Shown here: piece after piece, positions 17,601-28,235 of the stretch | How positions within the stretch are numbered: the stretch's first letter is position 1 | Layout: every line of letters starts with the position of its first letter | Source of the DNA: Pseudomonadota bacterium | GTDB taxonomy: Bacteria > Myxococcota_A > UBA9042 | NCBI GenBank assembly: GCA_041163625.1 | Contig: JBEARB010000234.1 | Coordinates: forward strand, 1 to 61,075 | Length of the DNA: 61,075 nucleotides | Direction of reading: 5' to 3' | Notes under the pieces: model-generated | What the model was told of the DNA's origin: nothing | Databases searched by the model: none | The model's input: the letters and a program-made list of their open reading frames with translations, nothing else | Translations under genes and position numbers: made by a program

Positions 17601-20066
17601 TCAGTTCTTCACGTTCTCCAGCAGAACACAGAACTTCTGGATGTTGGTGTCGTTGAACGTGACGGCCGAGTAGCCGGCGTCGTTCTCGTTGTGGCCCCAC
17701 GAATTCAGGCCACCGAAGTAGAGGCCGGAGGTACCGGACTGCCAGTAGGCGTGGTTGTTCCAACCCATGATCGTGTTGCGCGAGAAGGTCAGGAAGCCCG
17801 ACGGACAGCTCGTCGTGTAGCGCGGTGCGCGGACCTGTGCGGAGGGACGACCGGTCCGCGGCAGCATCTTCCAGCACACGTTCTTCACCTCGCCCGGGGT
17901 GAAGTGCACATGACGGTAGATGTTCGAGTGGCTCCAATCGTAGAGGTAGCCCAGCGCGCTGCCGGTCGCGTGCGTCGACAGGTAGATCCGGTTGCCGTTG
18001 CCAATCGACTGTGTGGTCGACTTGTTCCAGCCAGTGGGGCACTCGTTTTCGTTGTTGTGCATACCGAAGAAGACCGGGTAGACGCCGTTGGCCGTCTCGG
18101 GATCCTCGGTCGTGCCGTATACCTTCACACAGGCGCCGGCGAACTGCCCGCTGTTCTGCCAGTAGCGGTAGTACGAGCCGCCATCCTCGGTGTGCGGGTT
18201 CGAGGCCGTCGACCAGGTGTCGACGTAGCCGAGGTAGAAGCCCCAACGATTGGACTGATGATAGACGTGGTTGTTGTTGCCGCGCAGCTGGGCGTGCGTG
18301 AAGTTGTCGTAGCCCTCGGGGCACTGGTAGCCGCTGCCGGTGTAGTTGATCATCGACACGTGCGGCCGGCCCGCCGGGGCGTCGTAGGCCTTCCAGCACA
18401 CCGCCGACTTGTCGCCGCCGTTGTTGCCGTAGTTGAAGCCGGCGTAGATGTACTCTTGACCGTAGCCGTTGCCCTGATTGTCGGTCAGCACCATGCCGCC
18501 GCCGTTGATGTGGATGTACACGTAGTTGTTGCTGCCGCGCAGATCCTTGCTCAACTCGACGTTCCAACCCTCGGGGCAGTGAATTGGGTCTCGCACAGCG
18601 ACAACCGCGTAGTACTTTCGGTTCTCACGGGTGACGGCAGGAGCGAGTGTACTGTTGGATACGTCGACGGTGCCGGCGATGGTGGCGCCATTGGCGACCT
18701 TGAGCCCACCCTTCACGTCCACGTTCTTGTCGATGTACTGCGATCCGGTGGCGTAGGTGTCGCCGTTGATAGCGATCTTCTGGTTCGAGAGCGTCTGGAT
18801 GGTGATGTTCCATGCCACGATTTCACCGTCGGTTTTGCCATTGGGATCACACAGCGTGGAGTTGCCCGGCGCCTGCGGGATGCAATAGCTGGTATCGGTG
18901 ACCTTGACCGACCACAGGCCCTGCGGATTTTGACCAATCCACTTCGCGAGGTCACCCGACTTGGGCAGCGCGTCCTTGGTGTAGGTCTTCTTGAAGGCCT
19001 TGGCGTCCTTGTCGCCGCAGGGGTCGCAGAGCGTCCAGCCGGTCTTCTTGTCGTCGGGCGGCAGCACCGTGATGGCCACCGTCGACAGGTCGGTGTTCTT
19101 CAACTCGACGGTCAGCGCGAAGGTCTGCGACACGCCGATATTCGGGAAGGTCATGCTCGAGATCGCGTCCGCGCCGGTGTTGTCGGGGATCTTCACGCCC
19201 TTGGCGCCTTGGATCGTGTCGACGAACTGGTTGCTGATGAGGTCGTTGCTGATCTCGTTCAGGCCGTCCTTCGGCAGGGCGGCGGGGTCCATCGCCGCCA
19301 CGCACTCGAGCGTGCCGTCGGCCTTGATGCCCTTGACCACCTCACCGGCCTTGCTGCAGGTGCCCGCCGGTGTCTTGATGCCGGTGAGCTTGCTGCCGTC
19401 GCCGACGAACGAGGTCGCGGTCACCGTCTTGGCGCTCACGTCGCCCGAAAAGGTGCCGTTGGCGGCCTTGAGGCTGTTGCCGCCGAGGTCGACGTCGCCG
19501 TCGAACTTCAACTCGGCGACCGAGACGCAGCCCGAGCAAGCCAGGTCGAGCGCGGGGCCGCCCTTGGTCGAGCTGCCAGCGTAGTTGAAGCCGAGCTTTG
19601 CCGCGGCGATGGCGCCGTTGGCGATCTGATCGCCGGAGACGCAGCCGGTGCAAGCGAGCGCGCCGGCGCTCTTGGCGTACAGGGCGTAGATGGCGCTGTG
19701 CAGCGGCTGGCGCGGAAGCTCGGGGTCGCTCCCGACCGCGATGCCCATCCACGGCGCGGTGGCGAGCTCGTCGAGCTTCGCGCCCGAGAAGTCGACCGCG
19801 AGCGCGAAGCGACCACCGGCAACGTCGGCCGAGATCTTGCCGGAGGTCCAGTGGGCGCTCTGCGCGTCCTTGGCGGTGTAGACCGAGACGGTGATGTCGT
19901 ACTTGCCGTCGGCAGCAGGGGCTCCGCCGGCCGAAGTCAGTACGCCCTCGAGCAGGCTGGTGTTCGGCACCGACGCGAACGCGGGCGCCGCGCCGCAGGT
20001 CACGGCCAACAAGCCGATGCCACACGCGAGCGCCCGCAGGCCTCGCATCCCGTTCGACATGCGCAT
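17601..20066 (-). CDS. Secreted fibre/adhesin-like protein A: YQG-like N-domain, P-domain, four CPxG[WYF] repeats
   Basis: Signal peptide ending APAFA; LLEGVL..GKY..W..GGRF..DPELPR..YALYA; FVGDGSKLTGI; IPDN...GLW.VKVTD...W.I (proprotein convertase P-domain-like); paralog of 24369-26108. Confidence 0.8.
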   Translation of the reverse strand: MRMSNGMRGLRALACGIGLLAVTCGAAPAFASVPNTSLLEGVLTSAGGAPAADGKYDITVSVYTAKDAQSAHWTSGKISADVAGGRFALAVDFSGAKLDELATAPWMGIAVGSDPELPRQPLHSAIYALYAKSAGALACTGCVSGDQIANGAIAAAKLGFNYAGSSTKGGPALDLACSGCVSVAELKFDGDVDLGGNSLKAANGTFSGDVSAKTVTATSFVGDGSKLTGIKTPAGTCSKAGEVVKGIKADGTLECVAAMDPAALPKDGLNEISNDLISNQFVDTIQGAKGVKIPDNTGADAISSMTFPNIGVSQTFALTVELKNTDLSTVAITVLPPDDKKTGWTLCDPCGDKDAKAFKKTYTKDALPKSGDLAKWIGQNPQGLWSVKVTDTSYCIPQAPGNSTLCDPNGKTDGEIVAWNITIQTLSNQKIAINGDTYATGSQYIDKNVDVKGGLKVANGATIAGTVDVSNSTLAPAVTRENRKYYAVVAVRDPIHCPEGWNVELSKDLRGSNNYVYIHINGGGMVLTDNQGNGYGQEYIYAGFNYGNNGGDKSAVCWKAYDAPAGRPHVSMINYTGSGYQCPEGYDNFTHAQLRGNNNHVYHQSNRWGFYLGYVDTWSTASNPHTEDGGSYYRYWQNSGQFAGACVKVYGTTEDPETANGVYPVFFGMHNNENECPTGWNKSTTQSIGNGNRIYLSTHATGSALGYLYDWSHSNIYRHVHFTPGEVKNVCWKMLPRTGRPSAQVRAPRYTTSCPSGFLTFSRNTIMGWNNHAYWQSGTSGLYFGGLNSWGHNENDAGYSAVTFNDTNIQKFCVLLENVKN

Positions 20067-20112
20067 GAGTCTCTCCCCTCCGAGTCCAATGCTGTCCGGC
20101 CTCGGTGACGCG

Positions 20113-20141
20113 AAACTAGCAATTCCACCAACGCGCAGCAA
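20113..20141 (-). promoter_or_regulatory. Possible sigma70 promoter for fibre A
   Basis: Minus strand TTGCTG-N17-TAGTTT with extended -10 TG, about 45 nt upstream of the ATG. Confidence 0.4.
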
Positions 20142-20169
20142 CGGCGTGTGGAGGGTCCTCACAAAAGTC

Positions 20170-20217
20170 ACGACCGCGGCGCTTCGGGGGACGAGAATCC
20201 CGATGCGCCGCGGTCGT
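20170..20217 (-). terminator. Intrinsic terminator candidate downstream of the YceI gene
   Basis: Perfect 13-bp stem ACGACCGCGGCGC/GCGCCGCGGTCGT plus inner TCGGG/CCCGA; followed by GACTTTTG on the minus strand. Confidence 0.55.
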
Positions 20218-20291
20218 AGGGAGCGTCGGACCAAGCCGACCGGAGTCGAAGTCGTCGAGGGGCCGGCGGCACGACTCGCGTGGGAGCCGGG

Positions 20292-21002
20292 CTAGCCCTT
20301 CGCGTGGATCTCGAGCACGACGCCGTCGCGGATGAGGTCGTCGGCCTTGCCCGGGTACTCGATGCCGAAGTCCTTGCGGTTGATGCTGAACTTCGCGCTC
20401 GCGTCGACCTTGCCGCCGTCGAGCTTGATGGTCGCGGGGAAGCTGACGTCCTTGGTCACACCTCGGATGGTGAGCTTGCCGTTGACGGTGTGCGTCGCAC
20501 CGTCGGCGCCGCCGGTGACGATTCTGGTCGAGGCGAAAGTCGCCTTCCGGTACTTCTCGACGTGGAAGAAGTCCTCGCTCTTGAAGTGGCCCTCGAGCTT
20601 CTTGCTCCAATCGGTCGGGGCCTTGTAGTCGGCCACGACCGAGGCGGTGTCGACCTCGAACGAGAGCTTGCCGCCCTCGGCCTTGCCGTCGGCGGGCTCG
20701 AAGTTGCCCTTCCACTCGGTGAACTTGCACTCGTGCGATGCCGTGACCTTGCTGCCGGTGAACAGCACGTCACCGCTGAGCGCGATGGCTGCAGCGGCCG
20801 GCGCGGCGGCAGCGGCCTCGACCTTGGCCTCGGCCGGCGCCGCGGCGGGCGCTGCTGCCGGAGCGGCGGCTGCCTCGGCGGCGGGGGCGGCGGCTTCGAC
20901 CTTGGCCGCCGGCACTTCCTTGGAAGGATCCTTGGCGCAGCCAGCGAAGGTGACGGCGGCGGCGAGGACCGCCGCGAACGAGAAACGGGTGATGAGGTTC
21001 AT
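20292..21002 (-). CDS. YceI family lipoprotein
   Basis: Lipobox FAGC, Ala/Pro linker, HFKSEDFFHVEKY, GKLTIRGVTK, INRKDFGI. Confidence 0.9.
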   Translation of the reverse strand: MNLITRFSFAAVLAAAVTFAGCAKDPSKEVPAAKVEAAAPAAEAAAAPAAAPAAAPAEAKVEAAAAAPAAAAIALSGDVLFTGSKVTASHECKFTEWKGNFEPADGKAEGGKLSFEVDTASVVADYKAPTDWSKKLEGHFKSEDFFHVEKYRKATFASTRIVTGGADGATHTVNGKLTIRGVTKDVSFPATIKLDGGKVDASAKFSINRKDFGIEYPGKADDLIRDGVVLEIHAKG

Positions 21003-21150
21003 GACGGACTCCTGAGCGGATGTTGGGTCCGGGCGCCGAGAGGTGCGCCCTGTCGAGACTGGACAATATCCATGCCCGAGAATGCGACAATCCCCGCATT
21101 CACCAACACATCGTTCCCATGGAGGAACGAACCTCCCGCGTGGGGTCGGC

Positions 21151-22425
21151 TCAGGGACTACAATCGTCGATTTCGGCAGGTGCCGCGTAGAGCTGCTTGA
21201 GGAAGGTCTCGACGCTCGCTTGGCTCAGCTTCGCGTTGTCGCACACGCGCATCACATCGACGTATTTCGTGGTGAAGAAGCCGGCGAAGCTGGCGAGCGA
21301 GTCGTTGCGGCGCAGCTCGAGCGTACCGACCCGATACAGCGCGGCGAAGTTGAGTTCGCTGAGCTCGTCGTTGTCCATCACCTCCAGCGTCGTGATCTCG
21401 GACGTCTTGCCGAACGCGACGAGCTTGCCGAGCGTGGCGCAGTCGTGGACGCGCAACAGCGCGAGTTTCGCAATCGCCGAGAACCCGTTGACGACCCCGA
21501 GCTTCGGGCTGCCGGCGATCTCGACCTGGCCGACCTTCTGCAGCTTCGGGAAGGTGTCGATCGCGAGCAGACCGGGATTGTCGAGGATCTGCACGCTACT
21601 GGCCGCGCCGAGGTCGAACAGACCGTTGACCTTGACCAGGTCGCGGTTGTCGCGAATCTCGAGCGGCCCCTCGATGGACGCGAGGCGCTCGAGCGCGACC
21701 AAGCTGGTCAGGCGCTGGTTCTCCGCGATCACGACACCGCCGGCGCCCACCGTGCGTAGTCCCTCGAGGCCGACGAGATCGGTCAAGCGGTCGTTGTCGA
21801 TCAGCTTCAACGCATTGTTGAGCGAGACGATGCCCTCGAGACCGGCGAGTGACTCGAGCGCCACGTTGCCCTGCACGAGCAGCCCGCTCGTGACGCTGGT
21901 CAGCGCGTCGGTGCCGAGCGAGCGCAGCGCAGTGTTGTCGCGGATGACCAGGTCGTGGCCGATCGACTCGAGCGCCCGCAGCCCAGCGAGCGTCGTCAGC
22001 TCGCGGTTCTCCAGGAGCGCCACGTCGCCCGCCACGGTCTTCAATCGTGCGAGCGCCTCGAGGTCGGTCGCGGCGACGCCCTGGACGAAGAGGCTGCCGG
22101 AGATCGTGCGCAGGTTCCCGAGCGGGGCGAGCTGGGCCTTGTCGAGCGGCACCCCGGGCGAGGCGATCAGCCAGACGTCGCCCTCGACCGCGCAGTGGGT
22201 CGCCAATGCGGCGGGCGGCGGGCTTCCGTCCTCGCCGACCGAGCCGTTCCAGACGGGGCAGCTCGCGACGTCGTCGATGACCTCGAAGTTCGCGCCCGCC
22301 CCGCCCGATCCGGCGCCGTCTTGCGCGGTCGCGGCATCAGCGGCCGGGTCGTCACTGCCGCCGCATCCGGCCAGAGCCAGCCACGCCACTCCGAGCAGGA
22401 CGCACCGCCACACGGCACGTTCCAC
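21151..22425 (-). CDS. Receptor L-domain / LRR-like lipoprotein
   Basis: Lipobox LAGC; repeated LxxLxGLxxLxxV/IGxxLxIxxN units; GAGG before GTG (start approximate). Confidence 0.8.
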   Translation of the reverse strand: MERAVWRCVLLGVAWLALAGCGGSDDPAADAATAQDGAGSGGAGANFEVIDDVASCPVWNGSVGEDGSPPPAALATHCAVEGDVWLIASPGVPLDKAQLAPLGNLRTISGSLFVQGVAATDLEALARLKTVAGDVALLENRELTTLAGLRALESIGHDLVIRDNTALRSLGTDALTSVTSGLLVQGNVALESLAGLEGIVSLNNALKLIDNDRLTDLVGLEGLRTVGAGGVVIAENQRLTSLVALERLASIEGPLEIRDNRDLVKVNGLFDLGAASSVQILDNPGLLAIDTFPKLQKVGQVEIAGSPKLGVVNGFSAIAKLALLRVHDCATLGKLVAFGKTSEITTLEVMDNDELSELNFAALYRVGTLELRRNDSLASFAGFFTTKYVDVMRVCDNAKLSQASVETFLKQLYAAPAEIDDCSP

Positions 22426-22542
22426 GGCGTTGCCTCGGGAGGGCTCGCCTTGCGAGGGTCGAGCGCCTTCTCTATGCTCCGGTGCGCCTCCGCGACGGCC
22501 CGTGCCGCCGGTACCCACTGCGCCTGCCCACCTGGAGCGTCG

Positions 22543-24336
22543 ATGCGTCTGTTCGTGCACGGTCCTTCTCCGGTCGATGGAACGCCGACGCGCGCTCCGC
22601 TCTGGCCCAGCCGTCGGATCGGCGCAGGCGCCCTGCTGCTCGCGATCATGGTCGGCTGCGGCGCGGACGACAAGGGCGGCACCGACGCGGGGACCGATAG
22701 CGTGCTGCCGCTCTTCGACAGCGGCGGCGGCGGCGTCGAGTTCGACGCGGCCGGCACCGACGCCGACACCGTCGAGACCAAGGAAGGCTGCCCCGGCGCG
22801 GCGGACTGCAACTGCGTCGGCAACGCGGACTGCGACTCGGCGCTGTGCATGGCCTACGCCGACGGCAAGCGTTGCGCCCGGCTGTGCGTCGATGGCGGCT
22901 GCCTCACGGGCGAAGTCTGCGTCCCGGTCCAGACCGGCACCGACACCATCACCGCTTGCGCGCCCGTTCACGCGCGCTTGTGCGATCCGTGCGACGAAGA
23001 CAACGACTGCAACGGCGCCGGGATCACCGGCGGCGTCTGCGTCGATCGCGGCCCGGCCGGCGCATTCTGCGGCACCGCGTGCGAGGGCGACACCGACTGC
23101 CCGCAGGGCTATGCCTGCGGCGACGTGAACTCGCTCGGCGGCACCGCCGCGAAGCAGTGCGTCCCGAAGGACGAGGCGCTCTGCACCTGCAGCCCGGCCG
23201 CCATCGCCAAGGAGCTCTCCACCGCCTGCGCGGTGCAGGGTGAGGGCGGCGCGAGTTGCCCCGGCAAGCGCGCCTGCCTGGCCGACGGCAAAAGCGACGC
23301 CCCGGCCGGCGGCGGCCTCTCGGCGTGCCTGGGCAAGGCCCCCGGCCCCGAGGTGTGCGACGGCAGCGACAACGACTGCGACGGCTCGACCGACGAGGGC
23401 ATCGACGGCTGCGACGACGGCAACCCGTGCACCATCGACACCTGTGATCAGAGCCTGGGCTGCGTCCACAACCCGAGCGCCGCCGGCTGCGACGACGGTG
23501 ACGCGTGCACGGCCGAGGATGCCTGCGTCAAGAGCGGCACGGACGTCGTCTGCCAAGGCAAGGCCATCGATTGTGACGACAACGACGCCTGCACCACCGA
23601 CGCCTGCGACGCGACCGCCGGCTGCACCCACACTGCGAGCGGCGGCGCCTGCGACGACGGCGATCCCTGCACGGACAAGGACGTCTGCGGCGAGGGCGGC
23701 TGCGCCGGCACGGCGACCGACTGCGACGACGGCAACCCCTGCACCGCGGACAGCTGCGACGTGACGTCGGGCACCTGCACGGCGGTGCCGGTCGCCGGCG
23801 CCTCGTGCGACGACGGGGACGTGTGCACCGCGGGCGACGCCTGCGCCGACCTCGGCGCAGGCGTGGTGGGCTGCGCCGGCGGCGTGACCTCGACCTGCGA
23901 CGACGGCAACAGCTGCACGACCGACGCCTGTGACAGCGTCACCGGCTGCACGAACACCGCGAACATCGGCCAGATGCAGTCCTGCTACGACGGTCCGCAG
24001 GGCACGCAGGATATCGGCACCTGCGTCGCGGGTATCGCCACCTGCCAGGCCAACGGCAGCCTCGGGGCGTGTACGGGCGCGGTGAAGCCGAACCCGAACG
24101 AGGCCTGCGACGGCTTCGACGACGATTGTGACGGAAGCACCGACGAGGGCTGCAACGCAGGCCCGGTGAAGGTGCATTGGCGGTTCGCGGGCGCGTCGCT
24201 CGCGGGCGCCTCGGGCGAGAAGAAGGTCCGTGCATTGACCGGCGTCTCGGGCGTCGGCGGCACCTGGCAGGGCGCTGGCGGCAACAAGTCCGTCGGCGTG
24301 GGCTTCCTGCAGGCGCTGCGGGCGTTCGGGCTCTAG
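22543..24336 (+). CDS. Cys-rich repeat lipoprotein (CDDGNxCTxDxC and ExCDGxDNDCDG motifs) with a short Gly-rich C-terminal motif
   Basis: GGAG + ATG; lipobox MVGC; many repeats; N-terminal module shared with 30206-33427. Confidence 0.85.
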   Translation: MRLFVHGPSPVDGTPTRAPLWPSRRIGAGALLLAIMVGCGADDKGGTDAGTDSVLPLFDSGGGGVEFDAAGTDADTVETKEGCPGAADCNCVGNADCDSALCMAYADGKRCARLCVDGGCLTGEVCVPVQTGTDTITACAPVHARLCDPCDEDNDCNGAGITGGVCVDRGPAGAFCGTACEGDTDCPQGYACGDVNSLGGTAAKQCVPKDEALCTCSPAAIAKELSTACAVQGEGGASCPGKRACLADGKSDAPAGGGLSACLGKAPGPEVCDGSDNDCDGSTDEGIDGCDDGNPCTIDTCDQSLGCVHNPSAAGCDDGDACTAEDACVKSGTDVVCQGKAIDCDDNDACTTDACDATAGCTHTASGGACDDGDPCTDKDVCGEGGCAGTATDCDDGNPCTADSCDVTSGTCTAVPVAGASCDDGDVCTAGDACADLGAGVVGCAGGVTSTCDDGNSCTTDACDSVTGCTNTANIGQMQSCYDGPQGTQDIGTCVAGIATCQANGSLGACTGAVKPNPNEACDGFDDDCDGSTDEGCNAGPVKVHWRFAGASLAGASGEKKVRALTGVSGVGGTWQGAGGNKSVGVGFLQALRAFGL

Positions 24337-24368
24337 GCGTGCGACTGCGACGGAACGGAGGAGACGTG

Positions 24369-26108
24369 ATGAACCAGCTCAGCAAGATGCTGCGGGCGAC
24401 GGGCGTGTTGCTGGCCCTGCTGCTGGCGGCGCCGGCCTTCGCGGCGGCGCCCAAGACGATGCTGCTCGAGGGCTACGTGCACACCGCGGCGGGCCCGGCC
24501 CCGGACGGCAAGTACACCCTCACGTTCTCGCTCTACGGTGCTCAGAACGCCGCCACGTCGTTCTGGCAGGAAGCTGGCGTCGCGGTGGACGTCGCCGGCG
24601 GTCATTTCAGCTACGCGCTCGGCACCAGCAAGCCGCTCGATCCCGCCCTGCTCGCCAACGCGACCGAGGTTTGGGTCGGCCTGAAGGTCGACAACGACCC
24701 GGAGCTGCCGCGGAGCATGATGCATGCGGTCGGCTTCGCGCTGCGCGCGGCCGTCGCCGATCTCGCCATCGGTCTGGGCTGCACCGGCTGCGTGAAGGCG
24801 TCGTCGATGAATTGGGACGCCGACATCGATCTCGCCGGCCAGAGCCTCAAGGCGACGCAGGTCACCGCCAAGACCGTCAATTCGGCCACCGTCATCGCGC
24901 AGGAGTTCGTCGGTGACGGAAGCAAGCTCACCGGCATCAAGCTGCCCAACGGCAGCTGCCCGAGCGGCCAGGCCGTCACCGGCATCAACGCCGACGGCAC
25001 CCTGGCCTGCAAGAAGCTGACGGCCGATACCCCGACCGGCTCGCTCGAGGCGGTGTCCGGCGGCACGATCACCAACGAGTTCTCCAACGTCGAGTCGGCC
25101 CCGACGAAGAACGTCTCGATCCCCGACAACACCGGCCTCGACGCGCTCTCGACGATCACATTCCCGGACGTCGGTGTGGCGAAGACGCTGTCGATCACCA
25201 TCGATATCGAGAGCTCGGACCTCTCGCAGGTCGCGATCACCATCCTGCCGCCCGACGACAAGAAGGTCGGCTATACGGTGTGCGATCCCTGCGGCAAGGC
25301 GGGCGAGAAGATCCTCAAGGCGACACTGCCGGTGCCGATGGCACTCAAGACCGGAAGCCTGGAGCAGTGGGTCGGCCAGAACCCCAAGGGGCTGTGGAAC
25401 CTCAAGGTCAAGGACACCGGCTACTGCATCCCGCAGCTGCCCGGCAACAGCACGATCTGCGACGTGAACAAGGCCACCGACGGCTGGATCCACGATTGGA
25501 GCATCAACGTCGTGACGGTCAGCGCCAGCGACATCGCGGTGAAGGGGCAACTCGTCGCCTGGGGCGGCATCCGGGTCGGCGCCACCGGCGCGCCCTGCAC
25601 CGACAAGAACGTCGGCGCGCTGCGCTACACGACCGAGCTCGGGCTGCAGCTCTGCGACGGCAAGGCGTGGGCACCGGTCGCCGCCAAGAACGGCATCATC
25701 CACTACAGCGGCACCTGCACCAGCACGGCGAGCAGCAGCACCTACTCGTTCTGCTTGAACAAGGAGCTCTCGAATACGGCGCAGGACTACCTGACCGTGA
25801 CGACCACCGGCTATGGCGCCAACGACTTCAATACCGGCCGGGTGCTGATCAAGAAGCCGGGCTACTACCGCTTCTCGTTCAACCGCCGTGGCCGCGGCAG
25901 CTCGTGTCAGTGGTGGATGTACAAGTCGGGCACGCAGTTCGCGTACGGCTACCAGACCAAGTACTCGTCGAGCTACTACATCAACGATTCGGGCAGCCGG
26001 ATCATGCCGATGAAGGCCAACGATTACTTCAACCTGAAGTTCTACTGCAACAGCACGGCCTGGTACGCGAACGACACCACGCTCGACGTCGAGTACCTCG
26101 GCGAATAG
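24369..26108 (+). CDS. Secreted fibre/adhesin-like protein B: YQG-like N-domain, P-domain, C1q/TNF-like head
   Basis: GGAGGAG RBS; signal peptide APAFA; long paralogy to fibre A; GALRY...LQLCDG..W spacer; head with GRVLIKKPGYYRFSF and final LDVEYLG. Confidence 0.8.
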   Translation: MNQLSKMLRATGVLLALLLAAPAFAAAPKTMLLEGYVHTAAGPAPDGKYTLTFSLYGAQNAATSFWQEAGVAVDVAGGHFSYALGTSKPLDPALLANATEVWVGLKVDNDPELPRSMMHAVGFALRAAVADLAIGLGCTGCVKASSMNWDADIDLAGQSLKATQVTAKTVNSATVIAQEFVGDGSKLTGIKLPNGSCPSGQAVTGINADGTLACKKLTADTPTGSLEAVSGGTITNEFSNVESAPTKNVSIPDNTGLDALSTITFPDVGVAKTLSITIDIESSDLSQVAITILPPDDKKVGYTVCDPCGKAGEKILKATLPVPMALKTGSLEQWVGQNPKGLWNLKVKDTGYCIPQLPGNSTICDVNKATDGWIHDWSINVVTVSASDIAVKGQLVAWGGIRVGATGAPCTDKNVGALRYTTELGLQLCDGKAWAPVAAKNGIIHYSGTCTSTASSSTYSFCLNKELSNTAQDYLTVTTTGYGANDFNTGRVLIKKPGYYRFSFNRRGRGSSCQWWMYKSGTQFAYGYQTKYSSSYYINDSGSRIMPMKANDYFNLKFYCNSTAWYANDTTLDVEYLGE

Positions 26109-26126
26109 GACGGCTGCGTCTCCTCC

Positions 26127-27431
<1,305 letters not shown>

Positions 27432-27440
27432 GGAACCGAC

Positions 27441-28235
27441 GTGCAGACCTATCTCGACCTGCTCCGCGACGTGCTCGAGCACGGCGAGCGCCGCGAGGAC
27501 CGCACCGGCACCGGCACGCTCTCTCGCTTCGGCGCGCAATGCCGCTACGACCTGCGTGAGGGCTTCCCGCTGCTGACGACCAAGAAGATCCACACCAAGA
27601 GCGTGGTGCTCGAGTTGCTGTGGTTCCTGCGCGGCTCGACCAACGCGCGCTGGCTACAGGAGCGCGGCGTCCGGATCTGGAACGAATGGGCCGACGCCGA
27701 CGGCGAGCTCGGCCCCATCTATGGCCGACAATGGCGCGCCTGGGGCACCGCCGACGGCGACCACGTCGACCAGATCGCGCAGGTCGTCCAGCAGATCCGC
27801 GAGAACCCGACCAGCCGGCGCATGGTCGTCAGCGCCTGGAACGTCGGCGAGATCCCGCAGATGCGCTTGCCGCCTTGCCATATCCTCTTTCAGTTCTACG
27901 TCAGCGGCGGGCGACTCTCCTGCCAGCTCTACCAGCGCAGCGGCGATCTCTTCCTGGGCGTCCCGTTCAACGTCGCGAGCTATGCGCTGCTGACGGCGAT
28001 GATGGCGCAGGTCTGCGATCTGGAGCCCGGGGAGTTCGTGCACACCCTCGGTGACGTGCACCTGTACCTGGACCACCTCGACCAAGCACGAGAGCAGCTC
28101 GGCCGCACCCCGCGTGCCCTGCCCCGCCTCTGGCTCGACCCCGCGGTGCGTCGCCTCGAAGACTTCGAGCCCGAGCACATCCGCTTCGAGGACTACGACC
28201 CGCACCCGGCGATCCGCGCGCGCGTGTCGGTATGA
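27441..28235 (+). CDS. thyA: Thymidylate synthase
   Basis: [40 protein letters not shown]. Confidence 0.97.
   Translation: MQTYLDLLRDVLEHGERREDRTGTGTLSRFGAQCRYDLREGFPLLTTKKIHTKSVVLELLWFLRGSTNARWLQERGVRIWNEWADADGELGPIYGRQWRAWGTADGDHVDQIAQVVQQIRENPTSRRMVVSAWNVGEIPQMRLPPCHILFQFYVSGGRLSCQLYQRSGDLFLGVPFNVASYALLTAMMAQVCDLEPGEFVHTLGDVHLYLDHLDQAREQLGRTPRALPRLWLDPAVRRLEDFEPEHIRFEDYDPHPAIRARVSV

Noticed and set aside
17601-18620. Diversity-generating retroelement target (Asn-rich C-terminal head)
   Set aside because: No reverse transcriptase and no near-identical template repeat differing at adenines was seen in the window
16947-20108. Long antisense or alternate-frame ORFs (also 215..2458, 12640..15120, 24333..27593, 30143..33484, most of 53340..55355)
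   Set aside because: They are Arg/Ala/Gly-rich shadow frames of well-supported genes, expected at high GC3
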